From Octopus vulgaris (lineage: Eukaryota): a stretch of DNA of 64,000 nt. The notes beneath the pieces are model-generated. The model saw only the letters and a list, made by a program, of their open reading frames with translations. It was not told where the DNA came from and did not search any database. Numbering within the stretch: the first letter of the stretch is position 1; each line of letters opens with the position of its first letter. Both the position numbers and the translations under genes were made by a program. The stretch lies in assembly GCA_951406725.2 (NCBI GenBank), contig OX597825.1, forward strand, positions 74,896,001 to 74,960,000, written 5' to 3'. This document shows, one piece after another, positions 51,930-64,000 of this stretch.

Positions 51930-53171
51930 CTAGCTTAAAATCCACGTGTCGGGCAGCTTTTAAGCTAGCTCCTGTGGAGGGCTCTTCATTGGGCCTTGGG
52001 CCCAATAATGATACTTCATGCATTGAGTATACATCAAATTTTATTAAACTTCAACAATATTTTTCAAGCAATGAACAATTTTCATCAAAGCAATGATATA
52101 ATTTTTTGAATCATTGCAAAGCTGCATGATAAACATTTTTTGTTATCCCATTCAGAATCAGTACAAATGGCTTGTTTCCATTCCCTACCCTTGAACAACC
52201 AACATACAGCTGGCTGTAGGCAAAAATAAACTTACTTCTTAAAAGTTCAATGATAATTCTTCTGCCACCACTTAATTTAACCCTTTAGTGTTCCAATTAT
52301 TCTATCAAACATAATGCTTATTGATTCACATTGATTTGAATTAATCATGCATTATCTCATATCTTCAAGATCTTGATGGTGTAATTACTTAATGTAGAAT
52401 AACATTGTAGGGTAGGTGTGAGAGCCTGGATCCAGTCAGTTTGAACATAAAACAGATTAAATATTTTGGCCGGATATGGCCGGTTTAAATACTAAAGGGT
52501 TAAAGACAATTTGATGTACGCAGGGCCCTACTTTTCGTACAAACAATTATTTGTTGTAGCTGGTATGTATCTAAACTCCTGTTTGTAGTTTGAAGGAAAA
52601 TTACACCACTTTCACTAGACACTATTTTAAAGTGTGATTTTTATGGTTTGGAATTGCTCTAAATGTATTTGACTATAAAAATGTTTTAAATTTAGTATTA
52701 TTTAGTATTTTTTCAGGTAATAATAAAATTAGTTGAACCGGTTTCCATGCAGTCAGAGTGTACTAAGTTTCCATAGCTCTGACAGCTGATGGCATGAAAA
52801 TAGGTCTGTCAAATTTTATTAATATCTGAAAAAATACTTAAGTTTCCAACATTTTTATGATAGAAAGTTATGAGAGGTAATATTGTATGAGAGAGTGAGT
52901 TCAATAGTATTTCAGTTCTGAACGCTATGAAGCATGTGTTATGGTGAAATTACATGATACACTTATAATATTTAGAGAAATGTTTTTTCAAAATGGTAGG
53001 ACTAAGAAAAAACCAAGAATGAAGAATAGTAGAAGAGTCATTGAATAGTGAGAGAGGGGTAAAGCATGAGGAATAGTAGAAGTGTCATTGAATAGTGAGA
53101 GAGGGGGTTGGTGGAGTAAAGTTGAAAAAGTATCACTCACTGACATTTGCATTTGCATTTATTATTGTAGA
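51930..53171 (-). mobile_element. Deleted Helitron with Rep/helicase C-terminal remnant
   Basis: Minus strand FAYSQLYVGCSRVG (about 52180-52225) matches the Pif1-type helicase motif FxHGQLYVAxSRV; CTAG 3' end at 51930; TC 5' end near 53171 is tentative. Confidence 0.7.
52281..52499. mobile_element. piggyBac-type MITE
   Basis: TTAA|CCCTTTAGT ... ACTAAAGGG|TTAA; partial homologue at about 14790-14900. Confidence 0.85.
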
Positions 53172-53523
53172 TGTATGTATATATGTGTGTGTGTGTGTGT
53201 ATATATACATATGTATGTATGTATATTATGTATGTGTGTGTGTGCACCCTTGTCTTGACATCTTGTGAGAGTTGTCAATGAGCATCATCGTCATGCAAGT
53301 GATGTTCATTTGCACTCTTTTGCAAAAGACATACCTGGCCATGGGGAAATATTACCTTACTTGGAAAACAGGTGAAGGTTGGAGACAGGGAGAGCATCCA
53401 CCCATAGAAAATCTGCCTCAACAAATTCCGTCTGACTCAGGCAAGCCAGAATTGTTGGAGCATCGGATAGAATGCCTTGTGTTATTTTATATGTATATGC
53501 CTGCATGTATGTATGCATGTAAA

Positions 53524-53583
<60 letters not shown>

Positions 53584-54059
53584 CAATAATAATAATAATA
53601 ATAATAATAACGATAATGATAATGGTTTCCAATTTTGGCACAAGGCCAGCAATTTCGGGGGAGAGATAAGTTGATTACATTGACCTCAAGTCCTCAATTA
53701 GTACTTATTTTATCGACCCCCGAATGGATGAAAAGCAAAGTTGACTGATGATAATGATGATAATAATGATGTTGATGATGGTGATAATGACAATGATTTC
53801 TTTTGTTTGCCACCAGGGCAAAGGATGAGGGGAGCAATACTAAGACAGACATCAAGTGTTGAGGTTTGCATATAATAAAATGAGAGAAAAAAATATTTAT
53901 AGATGTATAAAAAGTATACACAGTATACAAAAAAACAAAGAGATGAGAAGCATGCACAGTATACAATAGCAACAAATAAAATGAAGTAAAATAAAAAAAG
54001 GGGGAATGATAGTGATATCATTTTCCTGACATAAGAGGACTTCTAGGGATAATCAAGGA

Positions 54060-54490
54060 ACTCCACTGTCCAAGATCTCCTTGAATGCCAAAGGCAAGTG
54101 CCCTCTCCAATTCCTGTTCTCTGACTCACAGGTCTATACTTAGGGTGGTACCATCCACTCTTGCCATTTTTGCACTTTCACCCACCTTTCAATAAATTCT
54201 CTGAGGATAGCACCTTCCTCTCCACTTTCACTTTCCTTTTCAAGTGAAATGAGAAAAAGTGGATGAAGGTTCTACCAAAGAGGAAAGCCTCTGTCCTGAT
54301 GCCTCTCAGGCTCATCCACCAGACAACCTCTTTCACCACTGCTGCCAGGCAATGGAAAACTACTTTATCTACCTGATTAAAGGAAATTGGTGGGGCAATC
54401 TTCAGTATGGACTCAGCTGACAGATGGATCTGTCCAACATGCAACAGCAGCTGTTTGACATAACCCCACAGGTCAACAATTCTTGGACAC
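54060..54490 (-). mobile_element. Tx1/L1-like LINE ORF2 C-terminal remnant
   Basis: CPRIVDLWGYVKQLL...FHCLAAVVKEVVWWMSL resembles the post-zinc-knuckle CP....LW / K..IW..R region. Confidence 0.5.
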
Positions 54491-55510
54491 CAGTGGCGGA
54501 TCTACCATAAAACTAATGCAGCTTAAGCTTCAGGGCCCCTAAATCTGTCAATTATTTTGTTTTTGTGTTTTGCCATGCAGGTAGCTGTTACCAGTCTTAG
54601 TGGACAACAGATCATACTCCTACGCAGAGTCTAAACATGTAGTGTCTAGCCACGATTTGTTCACCTGCTGTTTCTGCTGGTGTGAAGTAACATAAAAAAT
54701 AAAAGTACAAATGACCTGCAAATAATTCGGTTTACTTGAATTATTTTGGAAACTTCGGCCCTGCCCATTGTCAGATATGTCTACGACTACATCAGCACAG
54801 TAGAGATAAGAATTCTTATTTTCACACCATTATTTAATGACCAATGAAAGGGTTTGACTCCTAATTTTGGACTTACAATCTGTTCGGTAACAGAGCATTT
54901 TTTTTACTTTAAGAATTGTTTGAATATCACCTTGTACAAATACTATTCAATTGTTGACTCTACACCTGATATGACACATTTTGACCAGCTGTGGTCCAAT
55001 ACTGTTATAATGGAAAACCCTGTCAGAGATTTTTAGCATTTTTGCCAATAGAAAAACATTCATCCATGACCTTGTTCCACAAAATAACAATTTCTGGGGG
55101 AGCATAAGCTTTCACTTGAAAATATCCGTGGTCAGTCATATGATAATGCTTCCAACATGAAGGGTTCAGAGAAAGGATTGCAAGAACTTCTTAAAAACAT
55201 TAACAGGTATGCAGACTATGTACCATGTGCAAGACGTTTACTCAACCCTGTTTGGTAAAAGACAGTGTCTACTGTACCTGAAGTTGTTGATTATTTTGGT
55301 ATCTTGCAGCAGCTGTATGTTTTCTTTTCTGAATCTCCTTAAAGATGGGGGATTTTGAACACTCAGGGCAATCTAGCCTTTTCTCTAAAGAGCTTAAGTG
55401 TAACTAGATGGTCTGTACACTATGAAGCAGTCCGGGCAATTAAAAATGGATATAAGGATATTTTACAAACTCCCAAATATGTGTTTGAAGACTCCAAAGA
55501 GAAGCCTGGT
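54491..55510 (+). mobile_element. hAT (Tip100/ZMYM1-like) transposon remnant
   Basis: TIR CAGTGGCGGATC; ENIRGQSYDNASNMKG...GLQ, YVPCA..LLN, LKSLSVTRWSVHYEAVRAI. Confidence 0.85.
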
Positions 55511-56244
55511 TGAACAATGATGATGATGATTTATCAATCCTGAAAGGAAAAAAAAAAGCAAAGGTGACCTCGATTGGATATGAACTCAGAGCCCTGAGGT
55601 ATCATTGACAAACTGTGCCCTGCAAGACTCTTTGGAAGGTACACCTAATGAAAAACCACCTTGAATTTTTATTTAGTAGTGCTGCTCACCTGATGATGAG
55701 CTTTGGTTCATTTCTCGATAAAAGCTGCCCATGCTGGGCATAGACAGTCAAGACAAATAACACAAGGCAATCAATCCGATGCTCAAACGATTCTGTCTCT
55801 CGGCTGCTTGATATGCCTCCTCACATGTACAGAAAAAAAAACCAAGTATTGTTGCTAAGTTTTATTTTTTCATGACTTTAAACAGTGTTTCATTTAAATA
55901 AATAAAATACTGAAACTGCAGAATTGCAGCTGGAAGTCTGAATCCAGATAAAAGGAAGAAAAAAAAAGAAAAAGAAAGGATGATGAGGAAGATGGAGCAT
56001 CTGTTATTGATGCTACTTACAGAGAAGATGAGGTATGTGATAAGGGGAAAAAATGAAGAAGAGGTCGGGGTGGAGGAGGAATAGGAAGAGGAATAGGAGG
56101 AGGAGGAGGAGATGAAGAAGAAAAGGAAGAAGATGATGTTGATGGAGAAGGAAAAGGAAGATCAGGAGGGAAAGGAAGAGGGGGAGCAGAGGAAGAGGTT
56201 GGGATGAGGAGGAGGTGGAGAAGAAGAAGAAGAATGAGAAGAAA

Positions 56245-56293
<49 letters not shown>

Positions 56294-56775
56294 GAGAAGG
56301 AAAAGGAAGATCAGAGGAAGAAGGAAGAGGAGGAGCAAAGGAAGAGGTTGGGAAGAAGAGAAGAAGAATATAGACGAAAATCAACAGTTAGAGGTAAACA
56401 GAAATAGATAGACAAGAGAGAGGGAGAGAGAGAGAGAGAGAAAGAGGAAGAGAGCGATAGAAAGAGAGAGATCAGAGAGAGAGAAGGAGAAAATCAATGA
56501 CGTAAGAATGTCTCATGGCAAAAGAAGTGAGGCTAAAACTAAATGAAGAAAGATTTAGGATAATGGTTCTTCTTCCCATCCCATCCCATCCCATCTCACC
56601 TCAGCCTAGCCATGTTGTACCTTTTCCCTCTGCTTACATCTCAAATATTCTGGGGAAATGTGTGATAATCACACCCGTTTTGTTTTTCCGTCTTGACTAT
56701 AAACTAATAAACTTACACAGAATATTTATGCAAGAAACCATTATCTTATAATGAAATGTAACCCGTTAATGATAT

Positions 56776-57166
56776 TACTCTCTTTTACTTGTTTCAGTCA
56801 TTTGACTGCAGCCATGCTGGAGCACCGCCTTTAGTCAAGCAAATCGACCCCAGGACTTATTCTTTGTAAACCTAGTACTTATTCTATCGAACCGCTAAGT
56901 GACGGGGATGTAAACACACCAGCATCGGTTGTCAAGCAATGCTAGGGGGACAAACACAGACACACAAACACACACATATATATATATATATATACATATA
57001 TACGACAGGCTTCTTTCAGTTTCCGTCTACCAAATCCACTCACAAGGCATTGGTCGGCCCGGGGCTGTAGCAGAAGACACTTGTCCAAGGTGCCATGCAG
57101 TGGGACTGAACCCGGAACCGTGTGGTTGGTAAGCAAGCTACTTACCACACAGCCACTCCTGTGCCT
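56776..57166 (-). mobile_element. SINE family A, full copy
   Basis: Matches family A; an oppositely oriented 3' fragment follows at about 57215-57350. Confidence 0.88.
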
Positions 57167-57404
57167 ATGTTGGTAGACTTGATCTGGACCTAGTTTAATA
57201 CCCCTACTTGGTCTTTTCGGCAAAAGAGACTGATAGAAAAAGTACTAAGCTTACAAAGAATAAGTCCTGGAGGTTGATTTGGTTGACTAAAGGCAGTGCT
57301 CCAGCATGACCACAGTCAAATGACTGAAACAAATTAAAGAATAAAAGAATATCCTAAAATACAATTTTGTATGTTTAATATAATGATATTGTATACAATG
57401 CTCG

Positions 57405-57655
57405 TGGAGGCGCATGGCTTAGTGGTTAGGGTGTCAGCACCCTGATCATAAGATTGTGGTTTCAATTCCTGGACAGGGTGACGCGTTGTGTTCTTGAGCA
57501 AAACTCTTCATTTCATGTTGCTCCAGTCCACTCAGCTGGCAAAAATGAGTAACGCTGCGATGGACTGGCGCCCCGTCCAGCTGGGGAACAGATACGCTAT
57601 AGAAACTGGGAAACCGGGCCCATGAGCCTGGCTAGGCTTTAAAAGGGCGCATTTG
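57405..57655 (+). mobile_element. tRNA-derived SINE with family D-like core and a different tail
   Basis: TGGCTTAGTGGTTAGGG A-box, GTTTCAATTCC B-box, GTGTTCTTGAGCAAAAC core. Confidence 0.75.
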
Positions 57656-57659
57656 TTTA

Positions 57660-57945
57660 TTTATTTATTATATGCAATGCTCAGGTGCACTACAACTCAC
57701 CAGAAAAGGTAGTCACAAGTGCCTGTACCATAGAATAATGCACAGAAAGTGAACAGTGAATGAATTGTTTAAAGAAAAGTGGGAAAGCCATCATGTGTAC
57801 TATTGGGGAATTTCAAAAAGCATGGATGTTTTGAAGGATGTAGTGTCCCAACAGCTAACAATTGATTCAGGTAGTTTATTCCATGCTTCAGCAATTCTGA
57901 GCATGAAAAAATGTTTCTGAAAGTCATGGGTGCTGTGTTGCTTTT
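57660..57945 (-). mobile_element. CR1-type LINE 3' end
   Basis: Reverse-complement homologue of about 38640-38850. Confidence 0.75.
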
Positions 57946-59339
57946 AGAGACCCAATTATGATCTATGTATGTTGTAGTTTGCTGTCAATGAAGAAATACT
58001 TTAGGGCCCAGTGCACTGATTTATCTGGGGTGCCATAATGCTGCTAAAATGGCCATAGGGTTCTGAAAAAAGGTCATCAGAGGCTGCACAAAGAATAATC
58101 CTTTCTTCTGTTGGCACAAGGCCTGAAATTTTGAGGCAAGATGGGGAGTTGGTTGATCACATCAACCCCAGTGCTCAACTGGTATCTGTCATCTCATTGA
58201 CCCTGACAGAATGAAATGCAAAGTTGGCCTTGGCAGAATTTGAACTCAAAATGTAAAGGTAGTAAAGATGGACAAAATGCTATTGAGTTGTTGGTTCACT
58301 CATCATCATTTAACGTCCGTTTTCCATGCTAGCATGGGTTGGACGGTTCGACCGAGGTCTGGTAAGCCATGGAGGCTGCACCAGGCTCTAGTCTGATTTG
58401 GCAGTGTTTCTACAGCTGGATGTCCTTCCTAACGCCAACCACTCCGTGAGTGTAGTGGGTGTTTTTTTACGTGCCAATGGCACTGGGGCCAGAGTGGGCT
58501 GGCAAACGGCCATGATCGGTTGGTGCTTTTACGTGTCACCGACATGGACGCCAGTCAGGTGGCGCTGGCATCTGCCACGCTCGGACGGTGCTTTTTACGT
58601 GTCACCAGCACGGGTGTCTTAACTACAATTTAACAGTGTTTTAACAATAAAGCTAGTTATATATAGATGCATTTTTAGGTTCAATTCTATATTTGCAATT
58701 TTTAATTATACATGCATGGCATATTTCTGATGGAAATGAAATCTTGCCATCTGTTGATAGCAGGGAAATCCTCTAGAGGAAATGACCTCTTAATAAGGAA
58801 TTGCAAGGGAATTTGTTCGTAACAAGGTCTTGGTTAAAATAATTTCTTAAACCCTTTTTTGTAAAATTTGATGACTCTGGCACTGCCAGAGCTTTCAAAG
58901 ACAGTTTTATGAGCCCTTTAATCTCCTATGTAACTTAATGAAAGAGAGAAAAAGATTAATAAAAACGTATTGATATTTATGTAGGAGCTCCATGAGTCAT
59001 GGAATTGTTTTCAAGAGTTTTCCAATGATAAAAAAATTGGGAAATGCTGTTTTAGGCATTGGTAGAAGAAATATATCTTGCAGAATATTCGAAATGAGAT
59101 GATGGAAAGATTAGATATTGATGAAGACGTTGCTATAACCCGGTTTAGTTCAAAAGCAGAAAGAAGTTTTAAAGTGATCAAGCGTTCTTTTTCCTCGTAA
59201 GTGAGCCATTAATAACAATGAAAAGTTATATGATTATCATAAATAAATGTGCTCGAAATATTATATAGAGTAATGCAGACATCAGATTTATTTTAAGGTG
59301 ACAGGATTTATTATAGGAGCAGAATATAAGTCGGTGCTT

Positions 59340-59490
59340 TACCCGGTCTGGTATAGCGAGAGAGAGGAAATGACGTCATTTACGAAGCGCACTAGCAGCA
59401 GGCGATAAGGCAGACAGGCAAAGCAGCCAGTTGCTACTACAGTCATCATGTGATAACAAGAAAGGTAGTTGCTGGATGGTGACAGTAAGC
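59340..59490 (+). promoter_or_regulatory. Candidate promoter/first non-coding exon of the FERM gene
   Basis: CpG-retaining patch, palindromic CRE AAATGACGTCATTT (59368-59381), possible donor GTAAGC at 59485, about 500 bp upstream of the ATG. Confidence 0.45.
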
Positions 59491-59900
59491 GGCTAAGCAC
59501 AGCACCACGGCACAACTAAGCACAAAAGCTTCCTTTGCTGCTTCTATTCGAGTTGACAAACTAACATTAGACGTGTCTTGCTTTATGATTTATCGCAATC
59601 TGTTGTATATGTGCTTTTTAATTGTCATGCCGGTCTAGCGGCTTTAATTAGTGCACCCCCGTCAACAATATAAATAAATAAAAAGGAAACAGGAAGAAGC
59701 TATATATAGATATATATAGCTATTTATGAATATACACGCATATATTCTTGAGAGATAATTAAAAGAAAGAAAAAGAAAGTGTTTTTTCGCTTCTTTTTTC
59801 TTTTCTTTTCTCACAAACACATGTGTCTCTAATAAATATCAACAGCTGTACAAACTGATATAGTTGAAGAAGCGACAAGGAAAATAATTAATTTGCCAAG

Positions 59901-59999
59901 ATGTTTAAGAAAAAGTCAAGCAAATCCGACCTGGAGATGGAATACCAGTGCACTATAAGGTTCTTGGATGATTCCGAACCTATCCAACTAAATTTTAAG
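59901..59999 (+). CDS. FRMD5: First coding exon of a FERM-domain protein (FRMD5/FRMD3-like); gene probably continues beyond the window
   Basis: MFKKKSSKSDLEMEYQCTIRFLDDSEPIQLNFK followed by a phase-0 donor AAG|GTAAGT; resembles the FRMD5 N-terminus (SLEREYSCTVRLLDDSE); good Kozak context AAGATG. FRMD5 versus FRMD3 cannot be resolved from 33 aa. Confidence 0.75.
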
Positions 60000-60490
60000 G
60001 TAAGTTCTTTATATTCTATTAAAGAAAAAGAAAAAAAAAGGTAACATATATATATATTCTTGGTTCTTAAAATGGTTATTGTTACTGTCTAGAGATGAAA
60101 TCTGTTGCGGGGGATTTTAGATGGGTTGGTTTTCGTTCGCATCTTCAGGTGTGGCTGCTGATTTTACGTTTAGTAGAACTGTGCGAGCGCACACACGCGT
60201 AGCTTGTTGAATTCTTCTTACGGTCCCACCTTCTTTGATACCAAAGCTCTCAATTTCTGCTATTCTTTCTCATTTATTATTTATTTACCTCTTGTCAAAC
60301 CCCGATAAACTAACGCATATACATTATTAATTCATTATAATATAGTGAAGAATACACATACACAGAGGTATATATATATATATATATTGGGGAAAGCCCG
60401 TTTATGATATTACCTTGGGTTTCCCGTCCGTAAAGGGTTTAGCTTTATGGCGTATCGTCAGATCCCAAAACCTGTTGGCCCAAGACCTTT

Positions 60491-60547
<57 letters not shown>

Positions 60548-61203
60548 ATTCATATTTTCCTTACATCTCCCTTTATAATAATGGAGAAACCCATTCAACG
60601 AATTTTGCAAAGGAGTGCCCTTTATATTTCTATATATATATATATCACGGTTTGTCATTTAATATCCTGATAGAATTCACCTCGCCGCATTTAAATAGAA
60701 AATTGTTCTGTTGGCGTTTTCCTATTTTTAGAAGTCTCACCAATGTCTCTTTCTGTGGTTGATTTCTTATCGGCCAGATTTCTATTTGTCTATTCTCTTC
60801 AGTCTGTGTGTACGTGTTGCTTATCCTCAGGTCAGCCTTGATCGTGCCAACCTATGATATAAGGTTCCAGCAACGACCTTCCCATTATTATTATTATCAC
60901 TGCTTTTGTTATTCGGGCATCATGTATCTGATATTGCATTATCTAATGTAGTCTTAGTTACCTTTTTTTTGTTGTTGTTAAGAATATAAGGGTGTGATTT
61001 ATGGGAAATTTGGCTGCAATTTTTTTGCAGACCAAGCGACCACATTTGTTCTATGTACGTGGAGTGTGTGAACGCGAAAGCTAGTGAAGAAGCAGTTGAA
61101 AGAGCTTCCTAGTAGTTTAGTGTATAAGGGTTAATTTTTTCCTAGAAAATGGATGTAGTCGATCATGAGTTAACAACACGATAGAGTCGTTAATTAGATA
61201 GAC

Positions 61204-61532
61204 AGATAATTAATTGTGTTGGGGAATATATGTTTAGGAATAAATTTTTCTTCCCGTAAACTAACTTCGGCGAATTTCTTTAAAGTAAATCTAAAGCTTA
61301 TCTAATTATTTATAGTACTATCGTCCCCCGCCACTTCTGATAACCTGAGATTTCGCGCAACAAGCGCCTAAATATATATATATATATATATAATCAATCA
61401 ATCAGAAAACCGATAGTACGATAAATGTGATTAGATAGGCTTTAAATTTTCCCTAAAGAAATTCACCGAAGTTAGTTTACGGGAAGAAAAATCCATTTCC
61501 AAGCATTTAGTCCCCAAAGCTATTGATTATCT
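61204..61532. repeat. Fold-back element with ~120-bp inverted arms around (TA)n
   Basis: TTTTTCTTCCCGTAAACTAACTTCGG / CCGAAGTTAGTTTACGGGAAGAAAAA. Confidence 0.8.
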
Positions 61533-63214
61533 CTCTATCAATGGCTTTGATATGCATATCCTAATCGATTCCCGCTGGGCATAGAAGTTTTATAATTTTT
61601 GTCGATGTAAAGTAAAGATCTCTTTATATTTCGATAACTAACTACGCTATTCTTTCGTTTCTTTAACTGCTATTACGCCATGTTTCTGTTGCTCCTTCTC
61701 ATCTTGGTTGCTTTTGACCGATTCTTCAGGTGTTTTATATCATTCATTTGCATCTTAGCTACATTTCTTCTATTCCTTTAGTTTGTTTCTTTGCCATAAT
61801 TCTCATTTTGTTTCCCCGGTGTCGTTCGATATTCCCACCAACACTAAACAAAAAATGCGTTCACCTATTTTACTTTCAACAGGTGCTTGACATGTTCGGT
61901 TGGTGACAGATATTTATTTAGTTCGTTGTTTTGTTTCAAATATTTATAATCACTTATACACAGGTGTTTAAACTTTATTCTACTACGTTTTCTGGTATTA
62001 TTGATTAAAATTAATATTTTGATTAAATAAATAAAGTAAAACAAATATTCATTCAAAAGAGCGCTAATCATCTAACTGACATGCATTAGGATTATATATG
62101 TGTGAAGGATTATATATGTTTGCGCGCGTCCGTGTGGTTAGGAGATTCTCTTCGTAACAGCGATATCTCAGGTTCAATGCCACTGTTTGGCATCTTGGGC
62201 AAATGTCATTTTCTTTAGCCCTGCGTCGTCTCATACCTTTGTGAGTGAAATCAGGGAGGCGGAAATTGTAAAAAACCAGCCGGATGGCTTGTATTTGTAT
62301 TTGTAATTCTAAAGGTGCCGTTTTTGTCACGCCGCTTCTCCCCAGGAATTACGTTAAGGGTACACGTGTCTGCGGAATGTCCAATCACTTAGACATTATT
62401 TCAGGAGAAGGTAATTAGGTAGATCGAACAACTGAATCTTCATCGTCGTCGAAAGACCGAAATCTACCACCACCAACACCACACACACACACATGCATGC
62501 TCACCTGTTTTCAAATATGACAGAAAATATCAACAGGCTCTTCTTTTCCTTGACGGTCTACAATACACGTCTCCATTGATATGTGATTTAACCTTGCTCG
62601 AATTACATCACCTCAAATATTTAGACATTCTCACTTTGTCGTCTGGACATTGTTGGTTTTTGGATTATTTTTTTTGAATAGAATGAGGACTGGATTGAGT
62701 GGTAAATAAAAGAAGCGCGTACTTTAGGCACTTAAACCAAGAGGGTACCTTCCATTTTTTTTCGGCGTCGAATTTACCTGGATATAAATGGTAAATTATA
62801 ACAGTTTAAAAACTGAATAGTTGTTGAAAACTCGAATTTTTCCCCTTCTTACCCTTGTTGTAAATGATTCACTTTTATTGCTTACTAAAAAAACCAAAAA
62901 ATTAAATAATTGGCTATATTTAATATAGTAGCGGGCTCTGCTTGGCTTGGGAGAAATTTTAAATATTTCAAATTGTGCAACTTTACGTCTTGACAGTTAC
63001 ACAATAAAAGGGCTAGCTAGGTACTTAGGGCATCGGTTGGTCGTAATCCAGTTTGGATTAAAAGTTTATTTCACGTAAATCCAGTTTTATCACAGCTATC
63101 TTGTTAATATCCTAATATGGCTCTGCGTTAAAATTAAATGAAGTCTTGAGATCTGCTTGCTACTTCGCTCTGCTTGTTTCTTCAGAGTTTTATCTCAGTT
63201 CTTCATTTGTGTGC

Positions 63215-63249
63215 TATCTATCTGTCTACCTACCTACCTACCTACCTAC

Positions 63250-63344
<95 letters not shown>

Positions 63345-63392
63345 CCTACCTACCTACCTACCTGCCTACCTACCTGCCTGCCTACCTACCTA
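63215..63392. repeat. (TATC)n/(TACC)n microsatellite
   Basis: Directly visible. Confidence 0.95.
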
Positions 63393-64000
63393 CTAACTGA
63401 AGGAGTCTTCTCCTTTAAGACACTTCCTTATGAATAAAGGAAGGACATATTAGAGGCGATGTAGTCCCTGATATTTAGAAAAGACTAGATGGTCGTAACT
63501 GGAATGTTTTTGATCGTAGATGATTTTCCCCTCTCAGCACTGACTTAGGGCTAAATTTTAGCTAAGTCTCTCTTTTAAGTCTCCCTTCATACATACCTGT
63601 TTTTCTCTCTCTTTTTCCCACCCACACACATGGTTTTAGTGCTATCTTCAATTATTCAGGGATTTATATCGGTGTGTTAATTTGTTGAATATATGTAGAT
63701 GATATTGATTTACTTCAAGTATTCGTTTCTTTTTACTCTCCCTGATGAGACCAGTTGTAGATGATCATAACGATTAGATTACATTTCGCTAGCACTGGTT
63801 TATACAGTATCCTGCACAAGTTGAATATTAATTGCATTAATTATGAGACGTTAATTCATTAATTTTACATAACTCCATAGCTATTCCATAATTGGGCATT
63901 ACTTTTGGAATCCGACAGTTAATTGGTAATCAAGTAATATGAAACTTAATAAAAAAGAAAAGAAAGCAACAGGCATTATCTATCTCAGTGATGCTTAATA

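Noticed and set aside
59080-59175. NIRNEMMERLDIDEDVAITRFSSKAER, possibly a hAT C-terminus
   Set aside because: Too short and degenerate to support.

Overview
Repeat-rich animal genomic DNA. The SINE/LINE/mariner content suggests a coleoid cephalopod, Octopus-like; this is inference. Four intronless replication-dependent histone genes sit at the left end as two divergent pairs (H2B<-/->H2A at 0.4-1.4 kb; H4<-/->H3 at 7.7-8.7 kb), each with a 3' stem-loop; no H1 was seen. Near the right end is a 33-codon first coding exon of a FERM-domain protein (FRMD5/FRMD3-like, 59901-59999), below the ORF-track cut-off. Most of the rest is transposon debris: at least four tRNA-type SINE families; RTE, CR1, CRE-like, Tx1/L1-like and Gypsy fragments; several mariner/Tc1 copies; hAT fragments and MITEs; Helitrons; a piggyBac-type MITE; and microsatellites. 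The most notable non-standard signals are: (1) fold-back elements carrying minimal hammerhead-ribozyme cores, Penelope-like (best at 42313-42358 and 44617-44650); (2) a PHD-type zinc finger inside an RTE reverse transcriptase; (3) bipartite non-autonomous RTE derivatives; (4) a SINE amplified into a 184-bp tandem array inside a hAT MITE; (5) histone 3' ends lacking the usual purine-rich U7 element. No database search or folding was run; family assignments rest on motif recognition.
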